64,000 nucleotides of DNA from Eledone cirrhosa (GCA_964016885.1 CAXHJY010000422.1:1-64000); one strand, 5' to 3'. Shown: positions 39,671 to 53,784, counted from the stretch's first letter. The notes: generated by a model not told the origin, from the letters alone. Numbers and translations are program-made.

Positions 39671-39936
39671 GTGTGTATATATATATATATCTGTGTATAT
39701 ATATATATATGTGTGTATATATATATATATGTGTGTATATATATATATATATATGTGTATATATATATATATATGTGTGTATATATATATATATGTGTGT
39801 ATATATATATATATCTGTGTATATATATATATATGTGTATATATATATATATATGTGTGTATATATATATATATGTGTGTATATATATGTGTGTATATAT
39901 ATATATATGTGTGTATATATATATATATGAGTGTAC

Positions 39937-39972
<36 letters not shown>

Positions 39973-41108
39973 ATAGATATATAGATATGTGTGTCTATAT
40001 ATATATATGTGTGTGTATATATATACATGTGTGTGTATATATATATATATGTGTGTGTATAGATATAGATATATATATGTGTGTGTATATATATATATAT
40101 GTGTGTATATATATATATGCATGTGTGTATATATATATATGTGTGTGTATATGTGTGTGTGTGCACGTGAAACATTTTCTCCAAGAACTATTGAGATATA
40201 AGTAACATTTACGCACACATACATATATATACACACACACATATATATATACACACACGCATGTACCAACACACATATATGCATACAAACAAACAAAAAC
40301 ACAAACACACACACACACACCAATAACACACACCCCCTACATATATACACACACACCCTACACACACACACACCCTACACATATAGACACCCCCCCTACA
40401 CATACACACACCCTACACATATACACACCCCCTATATACATACACACACACCCCTACACACACACACTCCTACACACATACACACACCCCCTACACATAT
40501 ATACACACCCCCTACACATACACACACACCCTACACATATAGACACACCCTCTACACATATAGACACACACCCTACACATACACACACACCCCCTACACA
40601 TAGACACACCCCTATACATATAGACACACACCCCTACACATACACACACACCCTACACATATAGACACACACCCTACACATATAGACACAAACCCTACAC
40701 ATACACACACACACCCTACACATAGACACACCCCCTACACATATAGACACACACCCCTACACATACACACACCCCCTACACATATAGACACACACCCCTA
40801 CACATACACACACCCCCTACACATATAGACACACACCCTACACATACACACACACCCCCTACACATAGACACACCCCCTACACATATAGACACACACCCT
40901 ACACATACACACACACCCCCTACACATAGACACACCCCCTACACATATAGACACACACCCCTACACATACACACACACCCTACACATATAGACACACACC
41001 CTACACATACACATACACCCCCTACACATATAGACACACACCCTACACATACACACACACCCTACACATATAGACACACACCCTACACATACACACACCC
41101 TACACACA
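39671..41108. repeat. (TA/TG)n tract followed by degenerate (CCCTACACATAYA)n tract
   Basis: Direct reading. Confidence 0.85.
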
Positions 41109-41371
41109 ATGAATACAAATATAAAACTACATAAAATATTAAGACCAGAGATGAAATCAATTTCCTCCTCCAGGTAAAAATCTTTGTGATGAGCTGCGAA
41201 ACACCTTTAAAATGTGTGTGGTGAGGAGAGGGGGTGTTATAGAAGTTTGGTAGGAAGAAATCTAGAAGTGTTTATTGTAAAACAGATGTAGCTAACCAAG
41301 CTTCTCCACACCTCTTTCTCTCTGGTAATCTTAATAAAACATTGAACAAATTCTATAGTTGGGAACTTGAT

Positions 41372-42530
41372 GAAATCACAGCTCTGATACTACAGACATG
41401 TGTTTAGAATGTCTGAGGAAAGAATCTCTGAATTGAGAGATCACAGCTCTGATACTACAGACATGTGGTTAGAATGTCTGAGGAAAGAATCTCTGAATTG
41501 AGAGATCACAGCTCTGATACTACAGACATGTGGTTAGAATGTCTGAGGAAAGAATCTCTGAATTGAGAGATCACAGCTCTGATACTACAGACATGTGTTT
41601 AGAATGTCTGAGGAAAGAATCTCTGAATTGAGAGATCACAGCTCTGATACTACAGACATGTGTTTAGAATGTCTGAGGAAAGAATCTCTGAATTGAGAGA
41701 TCACAGCTCTGATACTACAGACATGTGTTTAGAATGTCTGAGGAAAGAATCTCTGAATTGAGAGATCACAGCTCTGATACTACAGACATGTGTTTAGAAT
41801 GTCTGAGGAAAGAATCTCTGAATTGAGAGATCACAGCTCTGATACTACAGACATGTGTTTAGAATGTCTGAGGAAAGAATCTCTGAATTGAGAGATCACA
41901 GCTCTGATACTACAGACATGTGTTTAGAATGTCTGAGGAAAGAATCTCTGAATTGAGAGATCACAGCTCTGATACTACAGACATGTGTTTAGAATGTCTG
42001 AGGAAAGAATCTCTGAATTGAGAGATCACAGCTCTGATACTACAGACATGTGTTTAGAATGTCTGAGGAAAGAATCTCTGAATTGAGAGATCACAGCTCT
42101 GATACTACAGACATGTGTTTAGAATGTCTGAGGAAAGAATCTCTGAATTGAGAGATCACAGCTCTGATACTACAGACATGTGTTTAGAATGTCTGAGGAA
42201 AGAATCTCTGAATTGAGAGATCACAGCTCTGATACTACAGACATGTGTTTAGAATGTCTGAGGAAAGAATCTCTGAATTGAGAGATCACAGCTCTGATAC
42301 TACAGACATGTGTTTAGAATGTCTGAGGAAAGAATCTCTGAATTGAGAGATCACAGCTCTGATACTACAGACATGTGGTTAGAATGTCTGAGGAAAGAAT
42401 CTCTGAATTGAGAGATCACAGCTCTGATACTACAGACATGTGGTTAGAATGTCTGAGGAAAGAATCTCTGAATTGAGAAATCACAGCTCTGATACTACAG
42501 ACATGTGGTTAGAATGTCTGAGGAAAGAAT
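41372..42530 (+). repeat. 65-bp tandem array (about 18 copies) derived from RTE RT C-terminal sequence
   Basis: tcacagc recurs at 41376, 41441, 41506; unit translates L*IERSQL*YYRHVFRMSEER. Confidence 0.9.
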
Positions 42531-42690
42531 AGACCTCGAGCAAGATGGTTCGATAACATCCATGAATTTGGCTGGCCTCGCCTGGGGATGGATCCAGCTG
42601 GATCAGTTGGAGATAGTACCTGCCGGAAGGATTGTTTGAGGATTCTGGCCCCACAACCCTCTCAGGAATCAGTGGGTGAAGAAGGAGAAA
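42531..42690 (+). mobile_element. 3' end of an old Rex3/Expander-like RTE element
   Basis: Translates RPRARWFDNIHEFGWPRLGMDP...LRILAPQP, resembling the RTE C-terminal GRPRTRW...LRLLPPRP motif (recalled). Confidence 0.65.
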
Positions 42691-42820
42691 TGCTTGAAGA
42701 AATCTAGATGTTTACTGTTAATCTTTATAAAACATTGAAGAAATTCTGTAGAATTTTGGTAGGAACTTGAAGAAATCTGGAAGTGTTTACTGTAAAACAG
42801 ACGTAGAAAACCAGAGCAGG

Positions 42821-43915
<1,095 letters not shown>

Positions 43916-44040
43916 TAGGAGGTGAGTTTTATTATAGTACAATAAAGCAATGCAGATATCGGATAAGAAGCACTCTACAGTTTGTAGGACTGGAGTATAA
44001 ATAATATAAGATCAAAAGATGGTTAGAGGAGTTCCATGTA

Positions 44041-44107
44041 TTTTATTATGCGCATTTCAAAAACAAACATCATCATGCAATAATATTTGTGTTTTCATCA
44101 GATAAAA
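44041..44107 (-). ncRNA. Minimal type I hammerhead ribozyme motif
   Basis: Minus: ttttat-CTGATGA-long stem II (acaaatattatt/gatgatgtttgt)-GAAA-tgcgca-TA-ataaaa; palindromic stem III. Confidence 0.75.
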
Positions 44108-44440
44108 CAGGAGAACATGATATGAAGGCTAAAGAACACTTGTGGATAGTGCAGTTTTAAATCAACATATGAAAAGTGGTTTTAGATTGATGTGTGATAT
44201 TGGCAAAAATATTATATTTAGAGAGGGGTGGGGGGTGGAAAGGATGAAAAAGGGGAGGAGATGAGAGGGAGAGATGGGTGATAGAGAGAAAGAGATAGTT
44301 TTTATAACTGAGAGAAGATATATTGTTTTATATAGAGGGGTTGAAAACCGTTGGAAGATAATGTATAAATTAAAAGAATTTGAAAATTAACGAAGGGAAA
44401 GATATGTACGAGGAAAAAATATTTTATTTAGGGAGGGGCG

Positions 44441-44546
44441 AATCATCACCGTTTTACGTCCGTTCTTCCATGCTAGCATGGGTTAGACGGGTTGTCCTGT
44501 TGTGGGCAGTGTCTGGTCGGCTGATCATGCCTTGCTCATACAGGAT
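44441..44546 (-). mobile_element. RTE 3' end remnant
   Basis: catcaccgttttacgtccg...ccatgctagcatgggttagacggg is the reverse complement of the RTE tail (cf. 4735-4780, 52790-52835). Confidence 0.65.
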
Positions 44547-44785
44547 ATATATATATATATATATATATTAGAGGTATATATATATATATAAACATGTACA
44601 TATATAATATGCTCATATACAATAAATATGAGCAGCCTCACTGCTGAAGAAAAATACACTTTAATGTAATGAAATGAAAAAGATCATATTTTAACAAGAC
44701 TCACTATTTAGCCTTAATAATAAAGTATATACATACATACATACATATATATACATACATACATACATATATATACATACATACA

Positions 44786-44821
<36 letters not shown>

Positions 44822-45111
44822 TATACTTCAATAAAAATATAAGGCCAGATTGCAATATATTTTTGTAATGTTTCACAATTACATAATACATATTTTGATG
44901 GCCAGCTTACGACATCAGACCATGACACAAAACAATTGTCATCATCAGATGAAACAAACTTGAAATATTTAAAAGATTTAATTCAGTAATCCCTACTGGG
45001 TTATGGCAAAATATAAATAATGAATCATGGTAATGGACACACATATATATGCCCACCCCCCCACACACACACACATACCACCCACACATATACACCATCC
45101 CCCACACAGAC

Positions 45112-45212
45112 AAAGGCTACAGTAGAAACACTTGCCCAAGGTGCTATGCAGTGGTAATGAAACCTAAACCACACAGTTACAAGTCACACACCTACCTTAA
45201 CCACACAACCCT
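45112..45212 (-). mobile_element. Degenerate SINE 5' head
   Basis: acacttgcccaagg central motif and a decayed A-box region (cttaaccacacaacc). Confidence 0.45.
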
Positions 45213-45586
45213 GTCTGGTTATAAAAATACTTTCATAGCATTTTTTTTCATAAAAGAACTTTTATAAAATACATTTATAAGATTAAGAAAAACAATCTTA
45301 TTAAAGAGAAAGGAAGTGAGAATTATTGGTAAAATTCTGAAGTTGACATATTTTCCTATTTCTCCTGACAACTTTGACATGTTGTAGATATTTCAAGGAA
45401 TTCTACAATATATATTTCAGGCACAATTTTACAACATTAATTTATAACATAACTATCACACTATAACATGTATCACATGTAGCTGATATCACAATGACAC
45501 TGTCATATATCATATATATTGAGGATAAACCACTCTCTCTCTCTCAACTGGCATACCGCCTCTGGACGCATCCTAGCAACGATACG

Positions 45587-45642
<56 letters not shown>

Positions 45643-46023
45643 AATTAAAAAACAGAGTTAATGACTCACGTTATTCCCCATAATTTAATGAGCTCAACAA
45701 TAGATTCCAGGCTCCCTATACAACAATATATAGGGGAAAATAGACAAAGAGGTATGTATTCCATCCCTATCCCTTATCATTGAACACATACCTCTTTCTG
45801 TATTTTTCTATATATATATTTATTCATATGTATATAGGATAAACCACTCTCTCCCTCTCTCTCTCTCTCTCTCTCCCTCTCTCTCTATATATATATATGG
45901 AAAAGAAATCGAAAATGCAACTGGAGTCTTTTTAAGAATATTTATTTATTTCGTTTACCAGTTTCACAGTTCTTATGCTTGAGATGGAGGGTTTGTGGTT
46001 TGTCTCGCATTATATATATATAT

Positions 46024-46185
46024 AAAATAAAGTACCAGTAATGCACTGGGTAATTGCTGGCCTTGTGCCTAAAGTAGAAACAATTATATATATATAACTT
46101 TGCCTTTCATCCTTACGGGGTCGATAAAATAAAGTACCAGTAATGTACTGGGTAATTTGCTGGCCTTGTGCCAAAAGTAGAAACA
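46024..46185 (+). mobile_element. Two tandem SINE 3' fragments (Nin-like)
   Basis: aaaataaagtaccagtaatgyactgggtaat..gctggccttgtgcc..aagtagaaaca occurs twice. Confidence 0.65.
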
Positions 46186-46371
46186 TATATATATATATAT
46201 ATCAGAAGATCCCATTAAGGGTGAAAGCAGCGATTCTTTGCTTAAACTTTAATCTGTTATATTAAGAAATATTTGCTCTACGGTTCTTATATATTTGATA
46301 TATATTTATCCTTATCGAGCCCTCTTTGGATTTTAGTCTTCAAATTTATTATTATTACTATATATATATAT

Positions 46372-46703
46372 GGAGGCACATGGCTTAGTGGTTAGAGCAT
46401 TGGCTTTTCAATCGAAAGGTTGTGAGTTCAATTCTCAGACCGGGTGATGTGTTGTTTCCTTGAGCAAGACACTTTATTTCACATTGCTCCAGTTTACTCA
46501 GCTGTAGAAATGAGATGATAGGGACTGGGGTTCCTATCATTCCACTGCAAAGTGGTCGTGGATGTGCCACGACAAAAAAGCACCCAGTACTCACTGTAAA
46601 TGAGGTTGGTGTTAGGAAGGGCATCCAGCTGTAGAAATCAAGCCAGAATCAGTTCCCATCCCACCCTTGCAAGCAGGGAAAAGCGGACGTAAATTGAAAT
46701 GAT
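46372..46703 (+). mobile_element. Full-length tRNA-derived SINE (paralog of 33164-33477)
   Basis: Near-identical head, A/B boxes, central domain and RTE-type tail. Confidence 0.88.
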
Positions 46704-46713
46704 ATATATATAA

Positions 46714-47708
46714 TCATCATCATCATCATCGTTTAACATCCATCTTCCACGCTTGCATGGGTTTGGACGGGAATATTCCCACTTGAGGCAAGATTGGTTG
46801 TCTTGCTCGCATAGGACTGTCTGGCGGGTTTTCTACGGCTGGATGCCCTTCCTAACACCAACCACGTTTACAGTGTGGACTGGGAGGTTTTTACCGTGTT
46901 ACCTACACGGCCACATTACAGCGTGAACTGTGTGTTTTTTTTTCGTGACACCTACACAACCTCATTTATTTCGGACTGGATGTTGTGGTACCAACATAAC
47001 TTTACATTGAAAGTAGTAGCAAGTGCCCACTGAATACTAGCTCATTCCATTGCACAGATGGTTCTATAGAAATAGTGGACAGCTCCCGTTACCTGGGTCA
47101 TAAAATCAGCAGTGGGGGGAGAGTGCTCTGAAAGTACAGTAGCTAGAGTCAGAACGAGATGGAAAAAGTTCAGAGAGCTTATACCACTATTGACCGCTAA
47201 AGGTTTCTCTCTAAAAATGAAAGGCAGGCTGTATGATGCCTGCATACGAACAGCAATGTTACATGGCAGTGAGACCTGGGCATTGTGTGCAGAGGATCTG
47301 CGCAGAGTGGAGAGGAACGAAGCATGCATGCTCCGCTGGATGTGTAATAGTAATATATGTGAACAGCAAAGCATAAATGAACTAAGGGAGAAATTAGGAA
47401 TAAGAGGGATCAGATGTTGTTTACTCAAGAGAAGACTACGTTGGTATGGTCACATGATGCGCATGAAAGATGACAGCTGTATAACAAAGTGTAGGGCGAT
47501 AAAAATAGATGGTAGTTACGGAGTAGGCAGACCCAGAAAAACCTGGGACGACTTGATAAATTCCGACCTCACACACTTATACCTCTCCAAGACAATGTCA
47601 CTGGACCGAGATCTTTGGCGCTACACAATTATACAGAAGACCGGCCTTGCCTAAGTACAAAGCGAAACCTACTACAGTCAGTAGGCATCTCTTAACCAAA
47701 AATACACA
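46714..47708. mobile_element. RTE copy with internal inversion: 3' end on minus (46714-47010), RT C-terminus on plus (47011-47708)
   Basis: 46714-47010 is the reverse complement of about 4492-4795; 47011-47708 matches about 3761-4452; ORF 47112-47654 closely matches the C-terminus of the 3099-4403 frame. Confidence 0.88.
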
Positions 47709-48780
47709 CCACACCACACCACACCACCCCACACACACACCACACCACATACACCACACACACCACATCACACCACACCACACCACACCACACCACACCA
47801 CACCACACCACACCACACCACACCACACCACATCACCCCACACCACACCACCCCACACCACACCACACACCACACCACATCACACACACACACACCACAC
47901 ATACAAACCACACCACACATACACACCACACCACCCCACACACCACACCACATCACACACACACACCACACATACAAACCACACCACACCACACATACAC
48001 ACCACACCACACATACACACCACACCACACAACACCACGCACCACACCCCACACACACAACACCACACCTCACACACCTACACCAAACACACTACACCAC
48101 ACCACACACACCACACCACATACACACACCACACCACAAAACACACACACCACACACACCACACCACACACACACACCACACCACAAAACACACACACCA
48201 CACCACACACCACAACACCACACACACACACACATGACACACCACGCCACATGACACACACACACCACACCACACACACCACACACCCCACACCACACCA
48301 CTCCACACCAGACACCACACACCAAGCCACACCACACCACACCACACCACACCACACCACACCACACCACACCACTTCACATCACACCACACCACACCAC
48401 ACCACATACATCACACCACACCACACCACACCACTTCACATCACACCACACCACACCACACACATCACACCACACCACACACACCACATCACACCACACC
48501 ACATCACACCACACCACACCACACCACATCACATCACACCACACCACACCACACTACACTACACCACACACACACACATGTAAACACATGCACACATACA
48601 CAGGTTACTGAATAATACATGCACTCATATACAGACACTCACATATACACACACATATATACACACATATGTACACACATATACAGACACTCACATATAC
48701 ACACACATATATACACACACATGTACACACACATACATACACATGCACACACATACATACTCTCACATACACACATACAA
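47705..48780. repeat. (CACCA)n then (CA/TA)n simple repeats
   Basis: Direct reading. Confidence 0.9.
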
Positions 48781-49147
48781 GCTATTGACTACAGTATTAC
48801 ATGACTAAGCTGCTACACATGCAGTCTATTGGAAACACGGATGCACCGCTGCACATATACAACGCAGGAAATGCACACAAGACTTTAAAGATGATAATGC
48901 AATATTACATGCATGTAACTTATTCAACATGCATTGCATGTGACATGTTGCAGTGTATAGTGCATTTCATAAAACTGGGTTAAGCGTGCATGCAGGTGTG
49001 CAGTGTGTGCAGTGTGCAGCATGAAGTGTGTGTGCAGTGTATCTAGAGATAGATGGTAATGCATGTTGCACAAATTACAAGAAATGCACAAACGATGACA
49101 ATGTTATTAAAAATAGATTTGTGTAATTTATGTTATGGTTGTATATT

Positions 49148-52100
49148 TGTGGTGAGGTGTGGTGTAGTGTGGTGTGGTGTGGTGAGGTGAAGTGTGGTGT
49201 GGTGTGGTGAGGTGTGGTGAGGTGTGGAGTGGTGTGGTGTGGTGAGGTGTGGTGAGGTGTGGTGAGGTGTGGTGTGGTATGGTGAGGTGTGGTGTGGTGT
49301 GGTGAGGTGTGGTGTGGTGAGGTGTGGTGTGGTGTGGTGAGGTGTGGTGTGGTGTGGTGTGGTGTGGTGTAGTGTGGTGTGGTGTGGTGATGTGTGGTGA
49401 GGTGTGGTGTGGTGTGGTGTGGTGTGGTGTAGTGTGGTGTGGTGTGGTGTGGTGTGGTGAGGTGTGGTGTGGTGTGGTGATGTGTGGTGTGGTGAGGTGT
49501 GGTGTGGTGAGGTGTGGTGAGGTGTGGTGTGGTGAGGTGTGGTGTGGTGAGGTGAGGTGTGGTGTGGTGTGGTGTGGTGTGGTGTGGTGTGGTGTGGTGT
49601 GGTGAGGTGAGGTGTGGTGAGGTGAGGTGCGGTGTGGTGTGGGGTGGTGAGGTGTGGTGTGGTGAGGTGTGGTGTGGTGTGGTGTGGTGAGGTGTGGTGT
49701 GGTGTGGTGTGGTGTGGTGTGGTGCGGTGAGGTGTGGTGTCGTGTAGTGTGGTGTGGTGAGGTGTGGTGATGTGTGGTGTGGTGAGGTGTGGTGAGGTGT
49801 GGTGTGGTGAGGTGAGGTGTGGTGTGGTGAGGTGTGGTGTGGTGTGGTGAGGTGTGGTGTGGTGTGGTGTGGTGAGGTGTGGTGAGGTCTGGTGTGGTGT
49901 GGTGAGGTGTGGTGAGGTGTGGTGAGGTGTGGTGTGGTGATGTGTGGTGTGGTGAGGTGTGGTGTGGTGAGGTGAGGTGTGGTGTGGTGTGGTGAGGTGT
50001 GGTGAGGTGTGGTGTGGTGAGGTGTGGTGTGGTGAGGTGTGGTGTGGTGAGGTGTGGTGTGGTGTGGTGTGGTGAGGTGTGGTGTGGTGTGGTGTGGTGT
50101 GGTGTGGTCTGGTGTGGTGTGGTGTGGTGTGGTGTGGTGTGGTGTGGTGTGGTGAGGTGTGGTGTGGTGTGGTGAGGTGTGGTGTGGTGTGGTGAGGTGT
50201 AGTGTGGTGTGGTGTGGTGTGGTGTGGTGTAGTGTAGTGTAGTGTAGTGTAGTGTGGTGTGGTGTGGTGTGGTGTGGTGTGGTGTGGTGTGGTGTGGTGT
50301 GGTGTGGTGTGGTGTGGTGTGGTGTGGTGTGGTGTGGTGTGGTGTGGTGTGGTGTGGTGTGGTGTGGTGTGGTGTGGTGTGGTGAGGTGTGGTGTGGTGT
50401 GGTGTGGTGCGATGTGGTGCCGTGAGGTGTGGTGTGGTGCGGTGTGGTGTGGTGTGGTGTAGTGTGGTGTGGTGAGGTGTGGTGTGGTGTGGTGTGGTGC
50501 GCTGTGGTGAGGTGTGGTGTGGTGAGGTGAGGTGAGGTGTGGTGTGGTGTGGTGTGGTGAGGTGAGGTGTCGTGTGGTGAGGTGACATGTGGTGAGGTGA
50601 GGTGACGTGAGGTGTGGTGTGGTGTCGTGTGGTGTGTTGTGGTGCGGTGCGGTGTGGTGAGGTGTGGTGTGGTGAGGTGAGGTGTCGTGTGGTGTGGTGT
50701 GGTGAGGTGTGGTGAGGTGTGGTGTGGTGAGGTGTGGTGTGGTGAGGTGAGGTGTGGTGTGGTGTGGTGTGGTGTGGTGAGGTGTGGTGTGGTGAGGTGT
50801 GGTGAGGTGTGGTGAGGTGAGGTGTCGTGTGGTGAGGTGTGGTGAGGTGTGGTGTGGTGAGGTGAGGTGTGGTGTGGTGAGGTGTGGTGTGGTGAGGTGA
50901 GGTGTGGTGAGGTGTTGTGTGGTGTGTTGTGGTGTGGTGCGGTGTGGTGTGGTGTGGTGTGGTGTGGTGCGGTGCGGTGTGGTGAGGTGAGGTGTGGTGT
51001 TGTGAGGTGCGGTGTGGTGTGGTGAGGTGTGGTGAGGTGAGGTGTGGTGTGGTGCAGTGTGGTTCGGTGTAGTGTGGTGTGGTGTAGTGTGGTGTGGTGT
51101 GGTGTGGTGAGGTGTGGTGAGGTGTGGTGAGGTGAGGTGACGTGAGGTGTGGTGTGGTGTGGTGAGGTGAGGTGAGGTGTGGTGTGGTGAGGTGTGGTGT
51201 GGTGAGGTGTGGTGAGGTGACGTGAGGTGTGGTGAGGTGTGGTGAGGTGAGGTGTGGTGTGGTGTGGTGAGGTGAGGTGTGGTGCGCTGTGGTGAGGTGT
51301 GGTGAGGTGTGGTGTGGTGTGGTGTGGTGTGGTCTGGTGTGGTGTGGTGTGGTGAGGTGAGGTGTGGTGAGGTGTCGTGTGGTGTGGTCTGGTGCGGTGT
51401 GGTGAGGTGTGGTCTGGTGTGGTGTGGTGTGGTGAGGTGAGGTGTGGTGAGGTGTCGTGTGGTGTGGTGTGGTGTGGTGTGGTGAGGTGTGGTGTGGTGA
51501 TGTGTGGTGTGGTGAGGTGAGGTGTCGTGTGGTGTGGTGAGGTGTGGTGTGGTGAGGTGTGGTGTGGTGTGGTGAGGTGTGGTGCGGTGCGGTGTGGTGT
51601 GGTGTGGTGTGGTGAGGTGTGGTTCGGTGTAGTGAGGTGTAGTGTGGTGTGGTGAGGTGTGGTTTAGTGTGGTGCGGTGTGGTGAGGTGAGGTGTGGTGA
51701 GGTGTGGTGTGGTGTGGTGAGGTGTGGTGAGGTGAGGTGTGATGTGGTGAGGTGTGGTGTGGTGTGGTGAGGTGTGGTGTGGTGTGGTGTGGTGTCGTGT
51801 GGTGTGGTGTGGTGAGGTGTGGTGAGGTGAGGTGTGGTGTGGTGAGGTGTGGTGTGGTGTGGTGAGGTGTGGTGCGGTGCGGTGTGGTGAGGTGTGGTGT
51901 GGTGTGGTGTGGTGAGGTGTGGTTCGGTGTAGTGAGGTGTAGTGTGGTGTGGTGAGGTGAGGTGTGGTGAGGTGTGGTGTGGTGTGGTGAGGTGTGGTGT
52001 GGTGTGGTGAGGTGTGGTGCGGTGCGGTGTGGTGAGGTGTGCTGTGGTGTGGTGAGGTGTAGTGTGGTGTGGTGAGGTGTGGTGTGGTGTGGTGCGGTGT

Positions 52101-52370
52101 GGTGAGGTGAGGTGTGGTGAGGTGAGGTGTGGTGTGGTGAGGTGTGGTGAGGTGAGGTGTGATGAGGTGTGGTGTGGTGAGGTGAGGTGTGATGAGGTGT
52201 GGTGAGGTGTGGTGTGGTGAGGTGAGGTGTTGTGAGGTGTGGTGTGGTGTGGTGTGGTGTGGTGCGGTGTGGTGTGGTGCGGTGTGGTGTGGTGTCGTGA
52301 GGTGTGGTGAGGTGTGGTGTGGTGTGGTGCGGTGTTGTGTGGTGTCGTGTCGTGTGGTGTGGTGTGGTTC
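49148..52370. repeat. (GGTGT/GGTGA)n pentanucleotide satellite, about 3.2 kb
   Basis: Strict 5-bp register throughout. Confidence 0.95.
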
Positions 52371-52514
52371 AGTGCAGGACCTACCTATAAACCCAATAAG
52401 CTATAACATAGGGTTATACACCCTCGAGGGGGGAGGGGGGATCATTAAAATACTTGTATATTTTTATTTTATCATTAGTTTTTATTCTCTAACACCAAAT
52501 TATCAAATTGGCCA

Positions 52515-52842
52515 ATTACACCTCTCACAGGTGACACGAGACCAACATCTCGGGCGATACAGGAAACCTGACTTCCCATAAGTACAAACCATATATACAG
52601 TATGTCCCAACCCACCTCTCCATACACCTCCATGAGGACAGGCCAAAGTAATTCCATCCAGTCAAGCCCCCAACCCACACTGTAAAGTGGTTGGCTCTAG
52701 GAAGCTCATCCAGCTGTAGAAAACCGTCCAGACTCTCTCCTATATGAACAAGACACGGTCACCCAACCCAACTTACCTTAAATGGGACAAACCTGTCTAA
52801 CCCATGCTAGTATGGAAGATTGACGTTAAACGATGATGATGA

Positions 52843-52846
<4 letters not shown>
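52515..52846 (+). mobile_element. Diverged RTE 3' end with (GAT)n tail
   Basis: cccacactgtaaagtggttgg...catccagctgtagaaaacc...acccatgc...gacgttaaacgatgatgat parallels 4625-4800. Confidence 0.75.
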
Positions 52847-52878
<32 letters not shown>

Positions 52879-53223
52879 ATGAGTATAACCGAAGTTAGAG
52901 CTGCACTGAACAATTGAATCATAAGAGGCAGTCACAAAGCACTCAATGAGTGAGGAATTATTATATTTCTACTCAGTGAACAAAAACTTAAAGAATTGTG
53001 ACACCAAGAATAAATCAACCAGGGGAATATTTCCATAGTAATACAACATCGATATATACAAACAGTTGAAATAGATATATACATATATAAATATATATTT
53101 ATATATATACAAACAGTTGAAATATATAAGTATATATATATTGTTATGCTTTGGGAGGGTCATGTCGCCAATAATAAACACACGCACCAATTGCTTTCAC
53201 TCCAATTTATTATAAATTAAATT

Positions 53224-53544
53224 TATAAATTTCCGGTTGGTTGGTTGGTTGGTTACACAACTGGACGGTTGTTCATATATTGTCAAAGTTCTTTCGTCAC
53301 ACATTCTGTGACCTCTTCAGTGACTGGGATTCTTTTCTTTGTTTTGTGCCTCTCCTTTGTTCTGTCCTACGCTATCTTACTTAAAAAAAAAAAAACAAGA
53401 TGGCGTAGGACAGAACAAAGGAGAGGCACAAAACAAAGAAAAGAATCCCCAGTCACTGAAGAGGTCACAGAATGTGTGACTAAAGAACTTTGACAATATA
53501 TGAACAACCGTCCGGTTGTGGAACCAACCAAGCGGAAATTTATA
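53224..53544. repeat. Inverted repeat, arms about 150 bp, A-rich spacer; Penelope-like remnant
   Basis: 53224-53378 is the near-perfect reverse complement of 53397-53544. Confidence 0.9.
53282..53324 (-). ncRNA. Minimal hammerhead motif (left arm; right-arm copy 53452-53494 has GAAA>TAAA)
   Basis: Minus: gtca-CTGAAGA-g-gtcaca/tgtgac-GAAA-gaac-TT-tgac. Confidence 0.6.
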
Positions 53545-53746
53545 TATATTTTTTCTCTCTCTCCCTTTTTTTCCGCAATAACTTCCTTTAGTTACTGATG
53601 TCCTGGGGTAAGATATCTTGTCTTTAATGTGTAGACACCTCCATGACCCCCAGCAGACAACTGATGAAGGAAACTTTTCTCCCGTTCGTGCTTTCCTCTT
53701 ATTTATAAGTACACCTTATCCAGCAACTTCACAGCCCCTGTTCCTT

Positions 53747-53783
<37 letters not shown>

Positions 53784-53784
<1 letters not shown>

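Noticed and set aside
41372-42530. Retrozyme/hammerhead array (CTGATAC...GAAA with two hairpins per unit)
   Set aside because: Core is not CTGANGA, stem I and the A-U pair are absent, and the unit is better explained as RTE coding sequence
44640-44700. CTGAAGA...GAAA-tga/tca-TA hammerhead candidate (also lone CTGATGA at about 44943, 53661, 54371)
   Set aside because: Stem I does not pair or the GAAA half is missing
48800-48860. Possible 48-nt minus-strand micro-exon (ag...gtaata)
   Set aside because: Weak polypyrimidine tract, no recognisable peptide, no partner exons; needs RNA-seq
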